Source: an uncultured Bacteriovoracaceae bacterium (GTDB lineage Bacteria; Bdellovibrionota; UBA1018). From it: a stretch of 64,000 nt of DNA. Under the pieces are notes generated by a model. That model did no database searches, had not been told where the DNA came from, and worked only from the letters and a program-made list of their open reading frames with translations. Positions 46,590 to 56,105 of this stretch are shown here, piece after piece (the first letter of the stretch is position 1; each line of letters opens with the position of its first letter). The translations under genes were made by a program, and so were the position numbers. The stretch spans positions 62,264 through 126,263 of the forward strand of contig CAYHPW010000001.1 of the NCBI GenBank assembly GCA_964358645.1, read 5' to 3'.

Positions 46590-47131
46590 TAATTTCTCTC
46601 TTTATCCTCATTCATTACTAATTACTAGGAATTAGAATATTATATATAGTAGTATTAGTAGGGAATACCTATATGTGAATAACATTGTTATCATAATGTA
46701 ATTATTGAAAAAAAGCTGTTAATAATTTTGGTGATAATTAGCGTTTAAAAGAGGATCTTTTTGTTGATAAAAAAAAATATAAATAGTTTGCTTGTTATCA
46801 ACACAGTTTATTCACAGAGAAAGTCTTATAAACGAAAATACAATATAAATTTACATGGACTTAGTTAGAAAATTTAATAATAAAATAACTTTAAGATTAC
46901 TTATCAACAATAATTGATTGAATACGACTGGTTTATAAGAATAAAAATATATTTAGTGAATGGATAAGTTGATAATAAACCATAACATATTAATTATATT
47001 ATGGTTTATTACGGCTAACAAATAAAAAAAAGTGTGAATTATTTGTGTATAACTATTTATCTACTAGTTATTTTATAGATATCAACAAATATATCCACAA
47101 GTAGAGCCAACCCGATAATAATAGTATAATT
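46590..47131. promoter_or_regulatory. Putative chromosomal replication origin (oriC): AT-rich non-coding block with clustered DnaA-box-like 9-mers
   Basis: 542-bp non-coding block, by eye well over 70% A+T. Contains TTATCAACA x3 (two forward, about 46794 and 46903; one reverse, about 46761), TTATTCACA x2 (forward about 46806, reverse about 46672), ATATCCACA (47091), TTATCCTCA (46601), and A/T-only tracts plausible as a DNA-unwinding element. Confidence 0.55.
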
Positions 47132-47545
47132 TTAATCAGCAAGGATTGTGTGTATATAGTTTACTATTGAGCTCAAACTTGTTCCTGGTGTGAAAACTTC
47201 ATTTACCCCATTGTCTTTTAAAAACTTAATGTCTTCTTCTGGAATAATTCCACCAACAAGCAATATAGCATCTTGTAATCCCGCCTTTTTAAGACCCTCT
47301 GAAATCATTGGAACAAGAGCATTGTGGGCCCCGGAAAGGATACTAACCGCAACTACATTAACATCTTCCTGAATAGCGGTATTAACAATCATATCAGGTG
47401 TTTGATGAAGACCTGTATATATAACTTCAAAACCAGCGTCGCGCAGAGCTCTTGCAATGACTTTTGCACCACGGTCATGACCATCCAATCCAGGCTTTGC
47501 AACCAACACGCGGATTTTATTTTTTATTTTTTTTTTGATAAGCAT
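47132..47545 (-). CDS. Methylmalonyl-CoA mutase small subunit (B12-binding domain)
   Basis: 137 aa with DxHxxG cobalamin-binding motif ([11 protein letters not shown]). Overlaps the large-subunit stop by 4 nt. Confidence 0.85.
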   Translation of the reverse strand: MLIKKKIKNKIRVLVAKPGLDGHDRGAKVIARALRDAGFEVIYTGLHQTPDMIVNTAIQEDVNVVAVSILSGAHNALVPMISEGLKKAGLQDAILLVGGIIPEEDIKFLKDNGVNEVFTPGTSLSSIVNYIHTILAD

Positions 47546-47547
47546 TT

Positions 47548-49230
47548 TTAGAATGTCCTCTGTTCTTTGTATTGTCCAAACACCTTACGAAGGACATCAC
47601 AAATTTCTTGTAAGGTTGCATATTTTTTTACTGCACTTATAATTGGTTCAACAAGATTATCACCACTACTTGCTGCTTTAGCGATACCAGTTAAAGACAG
47701 CAATACATCTGTATTTGAGCGACGGTTTTTAAGCGCAGCAAGGCGGGAAACTTGTTGGTGTTCAATAGACTTGTCAATATAAAGAGTATTAATTTGTTGT
47801 GAATTTTTAGTTGTCTTATACTTATTCATTCCAACCATTATTTTTTTATTTTCTTCTAAAAGACGTTGAAAATGATAAGCGCTATTTGAAATCTCTATTT
47901 GTGGAAACCCAGCTTCGATTGCTGCTACCATTCCACCCATTTTAGCTATCTTGTTGAGATATTTTTCCGCTTCTTGTTCCATTTTAGTTGTGAGTGATTC
48001 CATGAAATATGATCCACCAAAAGGATCAACTACATTAGCAACGCCACTTTCTTCTGCTAAAATTTGCTGAGTGCGGAGAGCTATCATTACAGATTCGTCT
48101 GTCGGTAGGGCGAGTGTTTCATCCATGCTATTTGTATGCAACGAATTAGTTCCACCCAGAACGGCCGCCAGACCTTGAATTGCTACGCGGACAATATTAT
48201 TGTGTGGTTGTTGAGCAGTCAGTGAAACGCCCGCGGTTTGTGCATGAGTTCTCAACATGCATGATTTTGGATCCTTAGGGTCGTATTTATCACGAATAAG
48301 TCTGGCCCACAGTCTGCGTGCAGCGCGGAATTTTGCTATTTCTTCAAAAAAATCGTTATGAACATCAAAGAAAAAAGACAACCTTGGAGCAAATTCATCG
48401 ATACTCAAGCCGCGTTCTATACATGCATCAACATAAGCAAGTCCATTGGCAATTGTAAATGCTAACTCTTGTATAGCGGTCGCCCCAGCCTCACGTATAT
48501 GATAACCACTGATGCTTATTGTATTCCAATTAGGGTAGTACTTTGTTGCATTTTCAATTGTATCAACAACTAAACGTACTGCTGGTGTTATTGGGAAAAG
48601 CCATTCTTTTTGAGCGATGTACTCCTTTAAAATATCATTTTGTAGCGTTCCACGGACCTTTTCTCTAGGGACACCTTTTTTTTCAGCAACTGCTAAATAC
48701 ATTGCAAGAATAACTATCGCTGGGCCATTAATAGTCATAGAAGTGGTGACTTCCCCTAGCGGTATCCCGTCAAATAATCTTTCCATATCTTCAAGTGAAG
48801 AAACAGAAACACCGCACTTTCCGACTTCTCCTTTTCCAAGAGGACTATCAGCATCATAACCCATTAAGGTAGGCATATCGAAAGCTACAGAAAGACCTGT
48901 TTGTCCATGTTGGAGAAGAAGTTTAAACCGTTCATTAGTTTTTTCCGCTGTAGCAAAACCAGCAAATTGGCGCATCGTCCAAAGCCTGCCGCGGTACATG
49001 TTGTAATAAACTCCACGTGTATATGGAAATTCTCCAGGAAACCCGAGATCGCGGAGGTAATTAAAATGCATATCCGCTAAATCATCAGGGGAGTTTAATA
49101 ATGGAATGCTCATATCACTCCATGTTGTAAACGACCCTGGTCTTATGGAATTTTGATCCTCAGATTTTTTAAGTCTAGTTTCCCACTCCGTTTTTGCTTT
49201 ACGGATAGCACTCAGCTCTTCATTAAACAT
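47548..49230 (-). CDS. Methylmalonyl-CoA mutase large (catalytic TIM-barrel) subunit
   Basis: 560 aa with acyl-CoA mutase motifs ([35 protein letters not shown]). Confidence 0.85.
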   Translation of the reverse strand: MFNEELSAIRKAKTEWETRLKKSEDQNSIRPGSFTTWSDMSIPLLNSPDDLADMHFNYLRDLGFPGEFPYTRGVYYNMYRGRLWTMRQFAGFATAEKTNERFKLLLQHGQTGLSVAFDMPTLMGYDADSPLGKGEVGKCGVSVSSLEDMERLFDGIPLGEVTTSMTINGPAIVILAMYLAVAEKKGVPREKVRGTLQNDILKEYIAQKEWLFPITPAVRLVVDTIENATKYYPNWNTISISGYHIREAGATAIQELAFTIANGLAYVDACIERGLSIDEFAPRLSFFFDVHNDFFEEIAKFRAARRLWARLIRDKYDPKDPKSCMLRTHAQTAGVSLTAQQPHNNIVRVAIQGLAAVLGGTNSLHTNSMDETLALPTDESVMIALRTQQILAEESGVANVVDPFGGSYFMESLTTKMEQEAEKYLNKIAKMGGMVAAIEAGFPQIEISNSAYHFQRLLEENKKIMVGMNKYKTTKNSQQINTLYIDKSIEHQQVSRLAALKNRRSNTDVLLSLTGIAKAASSGDNLVEPIISAVKKYATLQEICDVLRKVFGQYKEQRTF

Positions 49231-49264
49231 TTAGTTACTCCCGTAAGTAAGACAGCACATAACT

Positions 49265-50428
49265 CTAAGAGTTATTGGCCAATTCTTGTGCAGCAATTAC
49301 TATTCTTTGTATTTCTGAGGTTCCTTCATAAAGTTCTGTTATTTTTGCATCACGAAAGTTTCGTTCCACAATATATTCCTTTGTGTAACCATAGCCACCA
49401 TGGACTTGTATTGCTTTAGTGGTTATCCACATAGCGGCTTCTGATGCTGCCAGCTTAGCCATAGCAGCAGCCTTCGTATAGTTTTGGCCATAGTCCTTCA
49501 ATTTTGATGCATGCCAGGTCAATAATCTAGCCGCTTGTAGTTTAGTTGCCATATCAGCTATGAAAAACTGAATTGCTTGAAGTTTAGCAATTGGCGCCCC
49601 GAATTGTTCTCTCTCTGTTGAAAAATTTTTTGAAGCATCAAGAGCACATCTAGCAATGCCAAGCGCTTGAGCGGCGATGCCGATTCTTCCACCATCAAGT
49701 GTTGATAGAGCAATTTTTAATCCTTGACCCTCACACCCGAGAAGACATTCTTTAGGTACAAATACATCATCAAAAAATAATTGAGCGGTTGATGAAGCTG
49801 TAATTCCAAGCTTATCTTCTAGTTTTGAAACCTGAAAGCCCGGGCTTTTAGTATCAACGATAAAAGCACAAATCCCTTTATGACCCAGCGTTTTATCTAT
49901 TGTAGCAAACAATATACATACATCAGCCTCTTTACCATTTGTGATCCAGTTTTTTGTGCCCCGAATTTTATATCCCCCAGCGGATTTAATTGCTTGGCAT
50001 TTTAATCCGGCTGGGTCAGAGCCATGGCCAGGTTCGGACAAGGCAAAGCAGCCTAGCTTTTCACCTCTTGCTAAAGGGATTAAAAAAGATTTTTTTTGGT
50101 AATCATTTCCAAAAGCATTCAATGGATAGCACACTAATGAATTGTTAACAGACATAATCACAGCAGTTGAAGCGCACGCAGCGGCTACTTCTTCCATTGC
50201 CATTACATATGAGACACAATCCATACCAGCCCCACCCCATTGTTCGGGCACCATCATACCCATTAACCCCATCTGGCCTAATTGCTGGATTATTTCAGAC
50301 GGAAATCTGCCATCCGAGTCGAGTTCGTGCGCCTTAGGGGCTATTTCCGCCTTTGAGAATGCATGGACTTGTTCAATCAACATCCTTTTAGATTCGTCTG
50401 TTTCTGGCCAATCATTAATTGGAGTCAT
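49265..50428 (-). CDS. Acyl-CoA dehydrogenase (short/branched-chain type)
   Basis: 387-aa ACAD fold with C-terminal catalytic Glu region (YEGTSEIQ). Confidence 0.8.
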   Translation of the reverse strand: MTPINDWPETDESKRMLIEQVHAFSKAEIAPKAHELDSDGRFPSEIIQQLGQMGLMGMMVPEQWGGAGMDCVSYVMAMEEVAAACASTAVIMSVNNSLVCYPLNAFGNDYQKKSFLIPLARGEKLGCFALSEPGHGSDPAGLKCQAIKSAGGYKIRGTKNWITNGKEADVCILFATIDKTLGHKGICAFIVDTKSPGFQVSKLEDKLGITASSTAQLFFDDVFVPKECLLGCEGQGLKIALSTLDGGRIGIAAQALGIARCALDASKNFSTEREQFGAPIAKLQAIQFFIADMATKLQAARLLTWHASKLKDYGQNYTKAAAMAKLAASEAAMWITTKAIQVHGGYGYTKEYIVERNFRDAKITELYEGTSEIQRIVIAAQELANNS

Positions 50429-51282
50429 ATTTGTCCTTGAAAAATTGGTTTTCTTTTCTCTAGGAAGGCATTCATGCCTTCCTTTTGATCATAACTACAG
50501 AAGAGTTGTCCAAAGGCCTGTACTTCGCCATCCAATTTAGAGTTAAGACCGGCTGTTTCAGAAAACTCATTCAAGAGTTGTTTTGCTCTAGCTACAGCGC
50601 TAGCGGACTGCATACTGATTGAACGCGCTATCTCTAATACACTTTGCATAAAACCTTCTATTGGAAGGACTCTATTCACAAGGCCAAACGAAAGAGCCTC
50701 TTTAGCGGATATTTTTTTACCGGAATAAATAAGCTCTTTTGCTCGTGGCAAGCCAATAAATTTAGGCAGTCTAAATGTTGCGCCAAAACCTGGTATTACA
50801 CCTAATCCAACCTCAGGTTGCCCAAACACGGCTTTTTCATTGGCTAGTATAAAATCGCAAGCCAAGGCCATTTCAGTCCCTCCACCAAGCGCATAGCCAT
50901 TAACCGCAGCAATAGTTGGTTTGGGCATTAACTCTAAAAGTTTAGCAACATCATGACCTAGCTGTGCAAACCGAACAGCTTCTGTTGCGCTCTTGTCTTT
51001 CATTTCAGCAATATCAGCACCAGCAATAAACGCCTTATCGCCTGCGCCGGTAAGCACAACTACCCGTACATCAGGGTCTGATGCAAGGGCAGAAAGAATC
51101 TCTTTCATTTCAGAAAGAACAGCACTGTTCAGGGCATTTAAACTCTCTTGTCTTGAAATTTTTAGCACGACTATTTTTGGATCCACTCCTTCTAGAAGGA
51201 GGTATTTAAATTTCAATTTATTTAGAATCATAATTATAAAACCCCCGCCCAGATTTTTTCCCCAACCAACCAGCAGCGACAT
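50425..51282 (-). CDS. Enoyl-CoA hydratase (crotonase family)
   Basis: 285 aa with crotonase-fold motifs (VVLTGAGDKAFIAGADI, GYALGGGTEMALACD). Confidence 0.75.
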   Translation of the reverse strand: MSLLVGWGKNLGGGFIIMILNKLKFKYLLLEGVDPKIVVLKISRQESLNALNSAVLSEMKEILSALASDPDVRVVVLTGAGDKAFIAGADIAEMKDKSATEAVRFAQLGHDVAKLLELMPKPTIAAVNGYALGGGTEMALACDFILANEKAVFGQPEVGLGVIPGFGATFRLPKFIGLPRAKELIYSGKKISAKEALSFGLVNRVLPIEGFMQSVLEIARSISMQSASAVARAKQLLNEFSETAGLNSKLDGEVQAFGQLFCSYDQKEGMNAFLEKRKPIFQGQI

Positions 51283-52081
51283 ATTGTTTTAAAAGTGGGG
51301 ACGGTCTATACCTCGGGTCACCCAGACCTTCATGTAATACATTTAAAATAGCTAAGCATGTGTCTAGGCCGATAAAATCAGCAAGGGTAAGCGGTCCCAT
51401 TGGTTGATTTGTTCCCAATTTCATCGCTGTGTCGATATCTTCGATGGACGCGACTCCTTCATATAACGCCGTTATTGCCTCATTAATCATAGGCATCAGG
51501 ATCCGGTTTACCGTGAAGCCAGGCATATCTTTAGCTTCTATAAATATTTTTCCCATTTTTTCTACAACAGAGCGTACCGTTGTAAAAGTTTCATCTGAAG
51601 TCTGGAGTCCTCGGATTCCTTCAACCAGCTTCATTAATGGAACTGGATTCATAAAGTGAACGCCCGCCACAAGATTAGGACGTTTGGTTTTTGCTGCAAT
51701 AGCGGTAATGCTAATGGAAGAAGTGTTTGATGCAAGAATTACTGATGGAGATATAACTTCATCTAACTTTTTAAAAATGTCATATTTAAGCTCCGTCTTT
51801 TCTGTAACTGCCTCAATAACTAATTGAGCGGGCTTAAGGTCTAAGAGTGTATTTACCGGTTTAATTAATAACAATATTTGATCATACTCGTTTTTTTGTA
51901 ATTTTCCCTTTTCAACCTGTTTTTGAAGCTGAAAAGATAGTTTACTTTTCCCTTTTTCAGCTATGTCTAAATTTATATCTGCTAGAAGAACCTCGAAGCC
52001 AGCTTGTGCTGCTGTTTGAGCAATACCGACCCCCATTTGCCCGGCTCCAAGGATGCCTATTTTGTTAATGGTTAAATTCAT
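51218..52081 (-). CDS. 3-hydroxyacyl-CoA (3-hydroxybutyryl-CoA) dehydrogenase
   Basis: 287 aa with N-terminal Rossmann GAGQMGVGIAQ and HBD C-terminal domain. Confidence 0.8.
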   Translation of the reverse strand: MNLTINKIGILGAGQMGVGIAQTAAQAGFEVLLADINLDIAEKGKSKLSFQLQKQVEKGKLQKNEYDQILLLIKPVNTLLDLKPAQLVIEAVTEKTELKYDIFKKLDEVISPSVILASNTSSISITAIAAKTKRPNLVAGVHFMNPVPLMKLVEGIRGLQTSDETFTTVRSVVEKMGKIFIEAKDMPGFTVNRILMPMINEAITALYEGVASIEDIDTAMKLGTNQPMGPLTLADFIGLDTCLAILNVLHEGLGDPRYRPSPLLKQYVAAGWLGKKSGRGFYNYDSK

Positions 52082-52146
52082 ATTAACAGCCTCCTTTTTT
52101 CACACGTCTTTGCTGTAATATAAGTAAGCACCTCACTAAACAAGTA

Positions 52147-53595
52147 TCATTTGCCAATACAAAACTGCGAAAAAATAGCCTCCAAAATTTCATCTGGCAA
52201 TAAATCTCCTATAAGGGGGCCTAAGGCGTAACGAGCTTGTCTAATATCAGAGGCGAATAAGTCAAATTCATGGATTGTTCTTGCGCGGTACAAGTGCTCA
52301 AGTGAGACTCGCACGGCATTTTCTTGTTCTGGGCGAGTTAGAAGTAATTCATCATTGCTATTTGGAAGCCAGCGTCCACAAAAGTCTGCAATTTTGTAAA
52401 TTGCATCTGAAATGCCATCACCCGTTAGTGCTGAAGTAGCAACCCAAGTATTAATATTAAAAAATACACGAACTTTAGCTGTTACTGATGATAGGGAACC
52501 TTTAATAAGATCACATTTGGACAATATTCCTATAGTCTTATTTACCGGTTTACCTAAAGCATCCCATTGTTCAAGTGTGGAAGCGAGATATCTCGCGGAT
52601 GATTTTGATGCATCAACCACTAAAATAAGCAAGTCAGCTTCGGAGGCGGCTGTTATTGCTCGCTCTACACCATGACGTTCTGCTTTATTAGTCTTAACTC
52701 TTAGTCCTGCTGTATCATGAAGGTGGATAGTAATAGTTTGCTTGTCGGTATTTATTGTAAAGAATTCACTAACCACATCTCGCGTGGTTCCGGGCATTTC
52801 TGATATAATAGAACGGTCTTCTCCAAGTAAAGAGTTGAAGAAACTTGACTTGCCGGCATTTGGCAGACCGATTAATGCGACAGAAATACCTTCTTGTATC
52901 CTACGTCCGCGTTCGTAGCCAGCATAGAGAGTTTCCAGAATTCTAATTAGGTGATCGAGTTTGGTTTTTATAGAAGAAAGGGAAAATTCGTCAATAGATT
53001 GATCAGAAAAATCTATATTTGCCTCCGTAATAATAGAGAGCTGCTTCAACTCTTCTGCAATGGATTCAAGAATAACTTGTTGTTTTCTAGAAAGCTTACT
53101 TAGCGCCAGCGAAACAGCATTATCGTTAGGGGCGGATAGCAGATCAGCGACAGCTTGGGCTTGTAGTAGCGTCATTTTTCCGTTACGTACAGCGCGAAAG
53201 CTGAATTCCCCAGGGAGTGCCTGCCGGATCCCGATATCAAGGAGTGTTTCCATTAATGAATTAGCTATATAGGATCCCCCATGAAATTGAATTTCAGTAA
53301 CATCTTCACCAGTAAAGCTAGAAGGGCCCTTAAAATATACAATCATCGCCCGATCTATTTTTTTTCCATTTTTATTAAACAGATCAGCAAGAATCATTTT
53401 TTTTTGATCTTTAGGTAAAGATTTTTTAGTTAATTTAATAAGAGTCTCATGAGCGGCTGGCCCGCTAATCCGGATTATTCCTATAACCCCACCGGCAGGG
53501 GTAGCAAGCGCTGCAATTGTGTCATCTGAAAAATATGAATGAGAAAAACTTTTATTATTTTGCTTGAGCGACCACCGGCGTGACATTGGGGCCAC
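52147..53595 (-). CDS. mnmE: tRNA modification GTPase MnmE
   Basis: 482 aa with G-domain motifs (GLPNAGKSS, DTAG, SKCD) and the C-terminal CxGK tetrapeptide (CIGK). Confidence 0.85.
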   Translation of the reverse strand: MAPMSRRWSLKQNNKSFSHSYFSDDTIAALATPAGGVIGIIRISGPAAHETLIKLTKKSLPKDQKKMILADLFNKNGKKIDRAMIVYFKGPSSFTGEDVTEIQFHGGSYIANSLMETLLDIGIRQALPGEFSFRAVRNGKMTLLQAQAVADLLSAPNDNAVSLALSKLSRKQQVILESIAEELKQLSIITEANIDFSDQSIDEFSLSSIKTKLDHLIRILETLYAGYERGRRIQEGISVALIGLPNAGKSSFFNSLLGEDRSIISEMPGTTRDVVSEFFTINTDKQTITIHLHDTAGLRVKTNKAERHGVERAITAASEADLLILVVDASKSSARYLASTLEQWDALGKPVNKTIGILSKCDLIKGSLSSVTAKVRVFFNINTWVATSALTGDGISDAIYKIADFCGRWLPNSNDELLLTRPEQENAVRVSLEHLYRARTIHEFDLFASDIRQARYALGPLIGDLLPDEILEAIFSQFCIGK

Positions 53596-55153
53596 CTAAT
53601 TTCTTATTTAAGATGATTTGCTGAAAAATACTGGCTACGGCATTTACAAGCATGTAAAGAGTTAATCCTGACGGTAAAGCGAGCATGAATGCACCGAAAA
53701 TTAAGGGCATAAATTGCATCATACGCGCTTGCGTGGGGTCAGTGGCGGTTGTTGGTGTTAATTTTTGTTGGATATACATAGTAATGGATAATAGAACTGG
53801 GGTTACATAGTATGGATCCCTGCTTGAAAGATCAGTCACCCAAAGCGCGAAGGGAGCATGATAAAGTTCAATCGAGCTATATAAAACACGATATAAGGCA
53901 AAGAATATCGGCATTTGTATAAGTATAGGCAGGCAGCCAGCCATTGGATTGTATCCATGGCTTCGCATGAGTATGAGCATTTCTTTATTTAGCTTTTCCT
54001 TATCATCCTTAAATTTTTCACGGAGTTTTTGGATTTGTGGCTGTATTTTTGCCATCTCTTTCATGCTTTTCATGCTTTTTAAAGTTAGAGGATAAGTCAC
54101 TATCTTTAATAAGAGGGTCAATAAAATGATTGATACCCCATAATTTCCGGCGAAGGTATAAAACCATTTAAGCAATCTAAGTAATGGATAAGCAAATACA
54201 GTAAACCAACCAAAATCTACCGTATGGTCCAATAAAGGTTCTGCGGAACGCAAGCTTTCAAGGTTTTTTGGTCCAAAATAAACACGCACCGGGATTTCTA
54301 TTGAGTCGCCTATAATCGGATATACCAAACTTACTCTTGCGGCTAGCGGCCCCATTGGTTGTATAAGGGCTCTTGGTTCGTTTAATCCACGATTTATTAC
54401 AGAGAGCAAAAAATAACGACTAGCTGTACCTATGTATTTTACAGTAGTGGCGACATCTGTTTGTTTTGATACGTTTTGCACCAAAATGCGCTCAAGATCA
54501 TTATTTGTCCAATAAACGATTTGTCTATCTTGCGCTTCTTGATCATCTTTAGTTCCATGAGAAAAAAGCGACAAAAACGCATATTTAGGCTTTTTTGTCT
54601 TAAATTGCGCCATAATAGCAACATCCAGATACTGCTGGTTTTCCGAAGCGACTACGTGTTTTGTAAGGCGAATATTTTGATCTTCATATTCAAAAAGCCC
54701 GCCGGTTGGTTCTGATTTTAGCGTTCCATAGGAGGTCTCAAGATAACTAAGATGCGGGTCATCAAAAGCAAAAACAAACTGTTTATTATTATTGGTAATA
54801 AGAGTCAAATCAACTAGTGCAGAATTTTTATTTATTTCAGTGTGATAATCTTTTAGCTGCCAGTTTGTAATGAGTGAATTTCCATTGCTAAGCGATAGAG
54901 GACCCGTTCCTGTTTGAATGGATACCTGTCGGAGAGATTGTTGGGCTGATTGTTTTTCTACCATCAACATTTTCTCATTGTATTGAGAAGCGGAATTTAA
55001 ATTATTATCATTCAACAGAGCATTAGACGGCACAGGGGAAGCTGAGGGCGACGCATGTATTCCTTGGGACACTCTTGGTTCAATAATAATTTTTTGCCAT
55101 AAAACCAGAATTAAAAAACTAATGGCAATAGCTATGAGTGTTTTACGGTCCAT
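53555..55153 (-). CDS. yidC: Membrane protein insertase YidC
   Basis: 532 aa with N-terminal TM, periplasmic domain and C-terminal 5-TM Oxa1 core. Confidence 0.85.
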   Translation of the reverse strand: MDRKTLIAIAISFLILVLWQKIIIEPRVSQGIHASPSASPVPSNALLNDNNLNSASQYNEKMLMVEKQSAQQSLRQVSIQTGTGPLSLSNGNSLITNWQLKDYHTEINKNSALVDLTLITNNNKQFVFAFDDPHLSYLETSYGTLKSEPTGGLFEYEDQNIRLTKHVVASENQQYLDVAIMAQFKTKKPKYAFLSLFSHGTKDDQEAQDRQIVYWTNNDLERILVQNVSKQTDVATTVKYIGTASRYFLLSVINRGLNEPRALIQPMGPLAARVSLVYPIIGDSIEIPVRVYFGPKNLESLRSAEPLLDHTVDFGWFTVFAYPLLRLLKWFYTFAGNYGVSIILLTLLLKIVTYPLTLKSMKSMKEMAKIQPQIQKLREKFKDDKEKLNKEMLILMRSHGYNPMAGCLPILIQMPIFFALYRVLYSSIELYHAPFALWVTDLSSRDPYYVTPVLLSITMYIQQKLTPTTATDPTQARMMQFMPLIFGAFMLALPSGLTLYMLVNAVASIFQQIILNKKLGGPNVTPVVAQAK

Positions 55154-55156
55154 GAA

Positions 55157-55462
55157 TTATCCTTTGAATGAAGATTTGTGACAATACGGCAAAGGGGCGG
55201 GATCAAAATAAGATGTGGACTTGAAAGAAAAAGGCTGGCAGCGCAAAAGTCGGTAAATACTCAGCCAAGCCCCCTTTATTATATTATGAGTTGTAAAAAC
55301 CCGTTTTACATAGGCGCTGCATGTCGGTTCAAACCTACATCCTGAGTTAGCGCCAGCAAATAAGTGAAGAACTGGTGAAACAAAAAAACTATAGATAAAA
55401 AAGAAAATATTCACACACAACAAAAAAAACTTTTTCATATTTGATAACCTATTCATAACCAA
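55157..55462 (-). CDS. yidD: Membrane protein insertion efficiency factor YidD
   Basis: YidD motif SPVLHLFAGANSGCRFEPTCSAY...RLLRCQPF. The true start is probably internal. Confidence 0.75.
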   Translation of the reverse strand: MVMNRLSNMKKFFLLCVNIFFFIYSFFVSPVLHLFAGANSGCRFEPTCSAYVKRVFTTHNIIKGAWLSIYRLLRCQPFSFKSTSYFDPAPLPYCHKSSFKG

Positions 55463-55844
55463 CAGTATGATGGTTAATGGCTAACACTAGCTCATTACTA
55501 AGGCATGTTCCAAGCCTTACCGGGAAGGGATGGGACAAGTTTTTTGAAGATGGAATGACAACATTGTAGTCACGACTTCCGAGAAGGCCATGGCGTTTAG
55601 AAAGAAAGCGGAAACTTTCTCTAATCTTTCGCTTAACCCGATTCCTCTCTATAGATAAGCCGCGGGCTTTAAGGGTTATTCCAAGCCGATAATGACAAAA
55701 AGTATTATTAGTTACATACACCAAACACTCGGATAAACGCATTACTCTCCGGTTTGCGAAGAATCTTTTAAAATCTGATGAACTACGAATCCGGTGTTTT
55801 GACCCAAATGAACGAATAACAATCGCCCCCTCGTTGGTCACCAA
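55449..55844 (-). CDS. rnpA: RNase P protein component
   Basis: 131-aa basic protein with RNR motif region (ERNRVKRKIRESFR). Non-ATG (TTG) start per ORF track. Follows rpmH. Confidence 0.75.
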   Translation of the reverse strand: MVTNEGAIVIRSFGSKHRIRSSSDFKRFFANRRVMRLSECLVYVTNNTFCHYRLGITLKARGLSIERNRVKRKIRESFRFLSKRHGLLGSRDYNVVIPSSKNLSHPFPVRLGTCLSNELVLAINHHTVGYE

Positions 55845-55854
55845 ATAGGCAATG

Positions 55855-56004
55855 CTATTTTTTTGAATTTACAGGAACTAAGCGGGTACGTTTTCTCGCA
55901 CGGCGCCTGCTTATTACACGACGGCCGTTTTTTGTTTTCATACGGGCCCTGAAGCCATGTCTACGGCGTCTTTTGACGCGACTTGGTTGATAAGTTCTTT
56001 TCAT
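55855..56004 (-). CDS. rpmH: 50S ribosomal protein L34 (49 aa; missed by ORF track, under 60 aa)
   Basis: Hand translation gives [49 protein letters not shown], ending at TAG at 55855-55857, which matches the L34 family. Classic rpmH-rnpA-yidD-yidC order, divergent to dnaA. Confidence 0.85.
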   Translation of the reverse strand: MKRTYQPSRVKRRRRHGFRARMKTKNGRRVISRRRARKRTRLVPVNSKK

Positions 56005-56105
56005 ATTAACTACTCCACAGAATTCGTGACGCGAGTCAAACAGTTATAGGAGATAGGATTCGTTGTCAAGGAGAAGACCACATGTTATGCGATTAACTCG
56101 CCCAT

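Noticed and set aside
47548-49230. Isobutyryl-CoA mutase assignment for the mutase, based on the butyryl-CoA-type neighbours.
   Set aside because: Recalled specificity determinants look methylmalonyl-type (Tyr in YNMY, Arg in RGTLQND). Kept only as a low-interest question.
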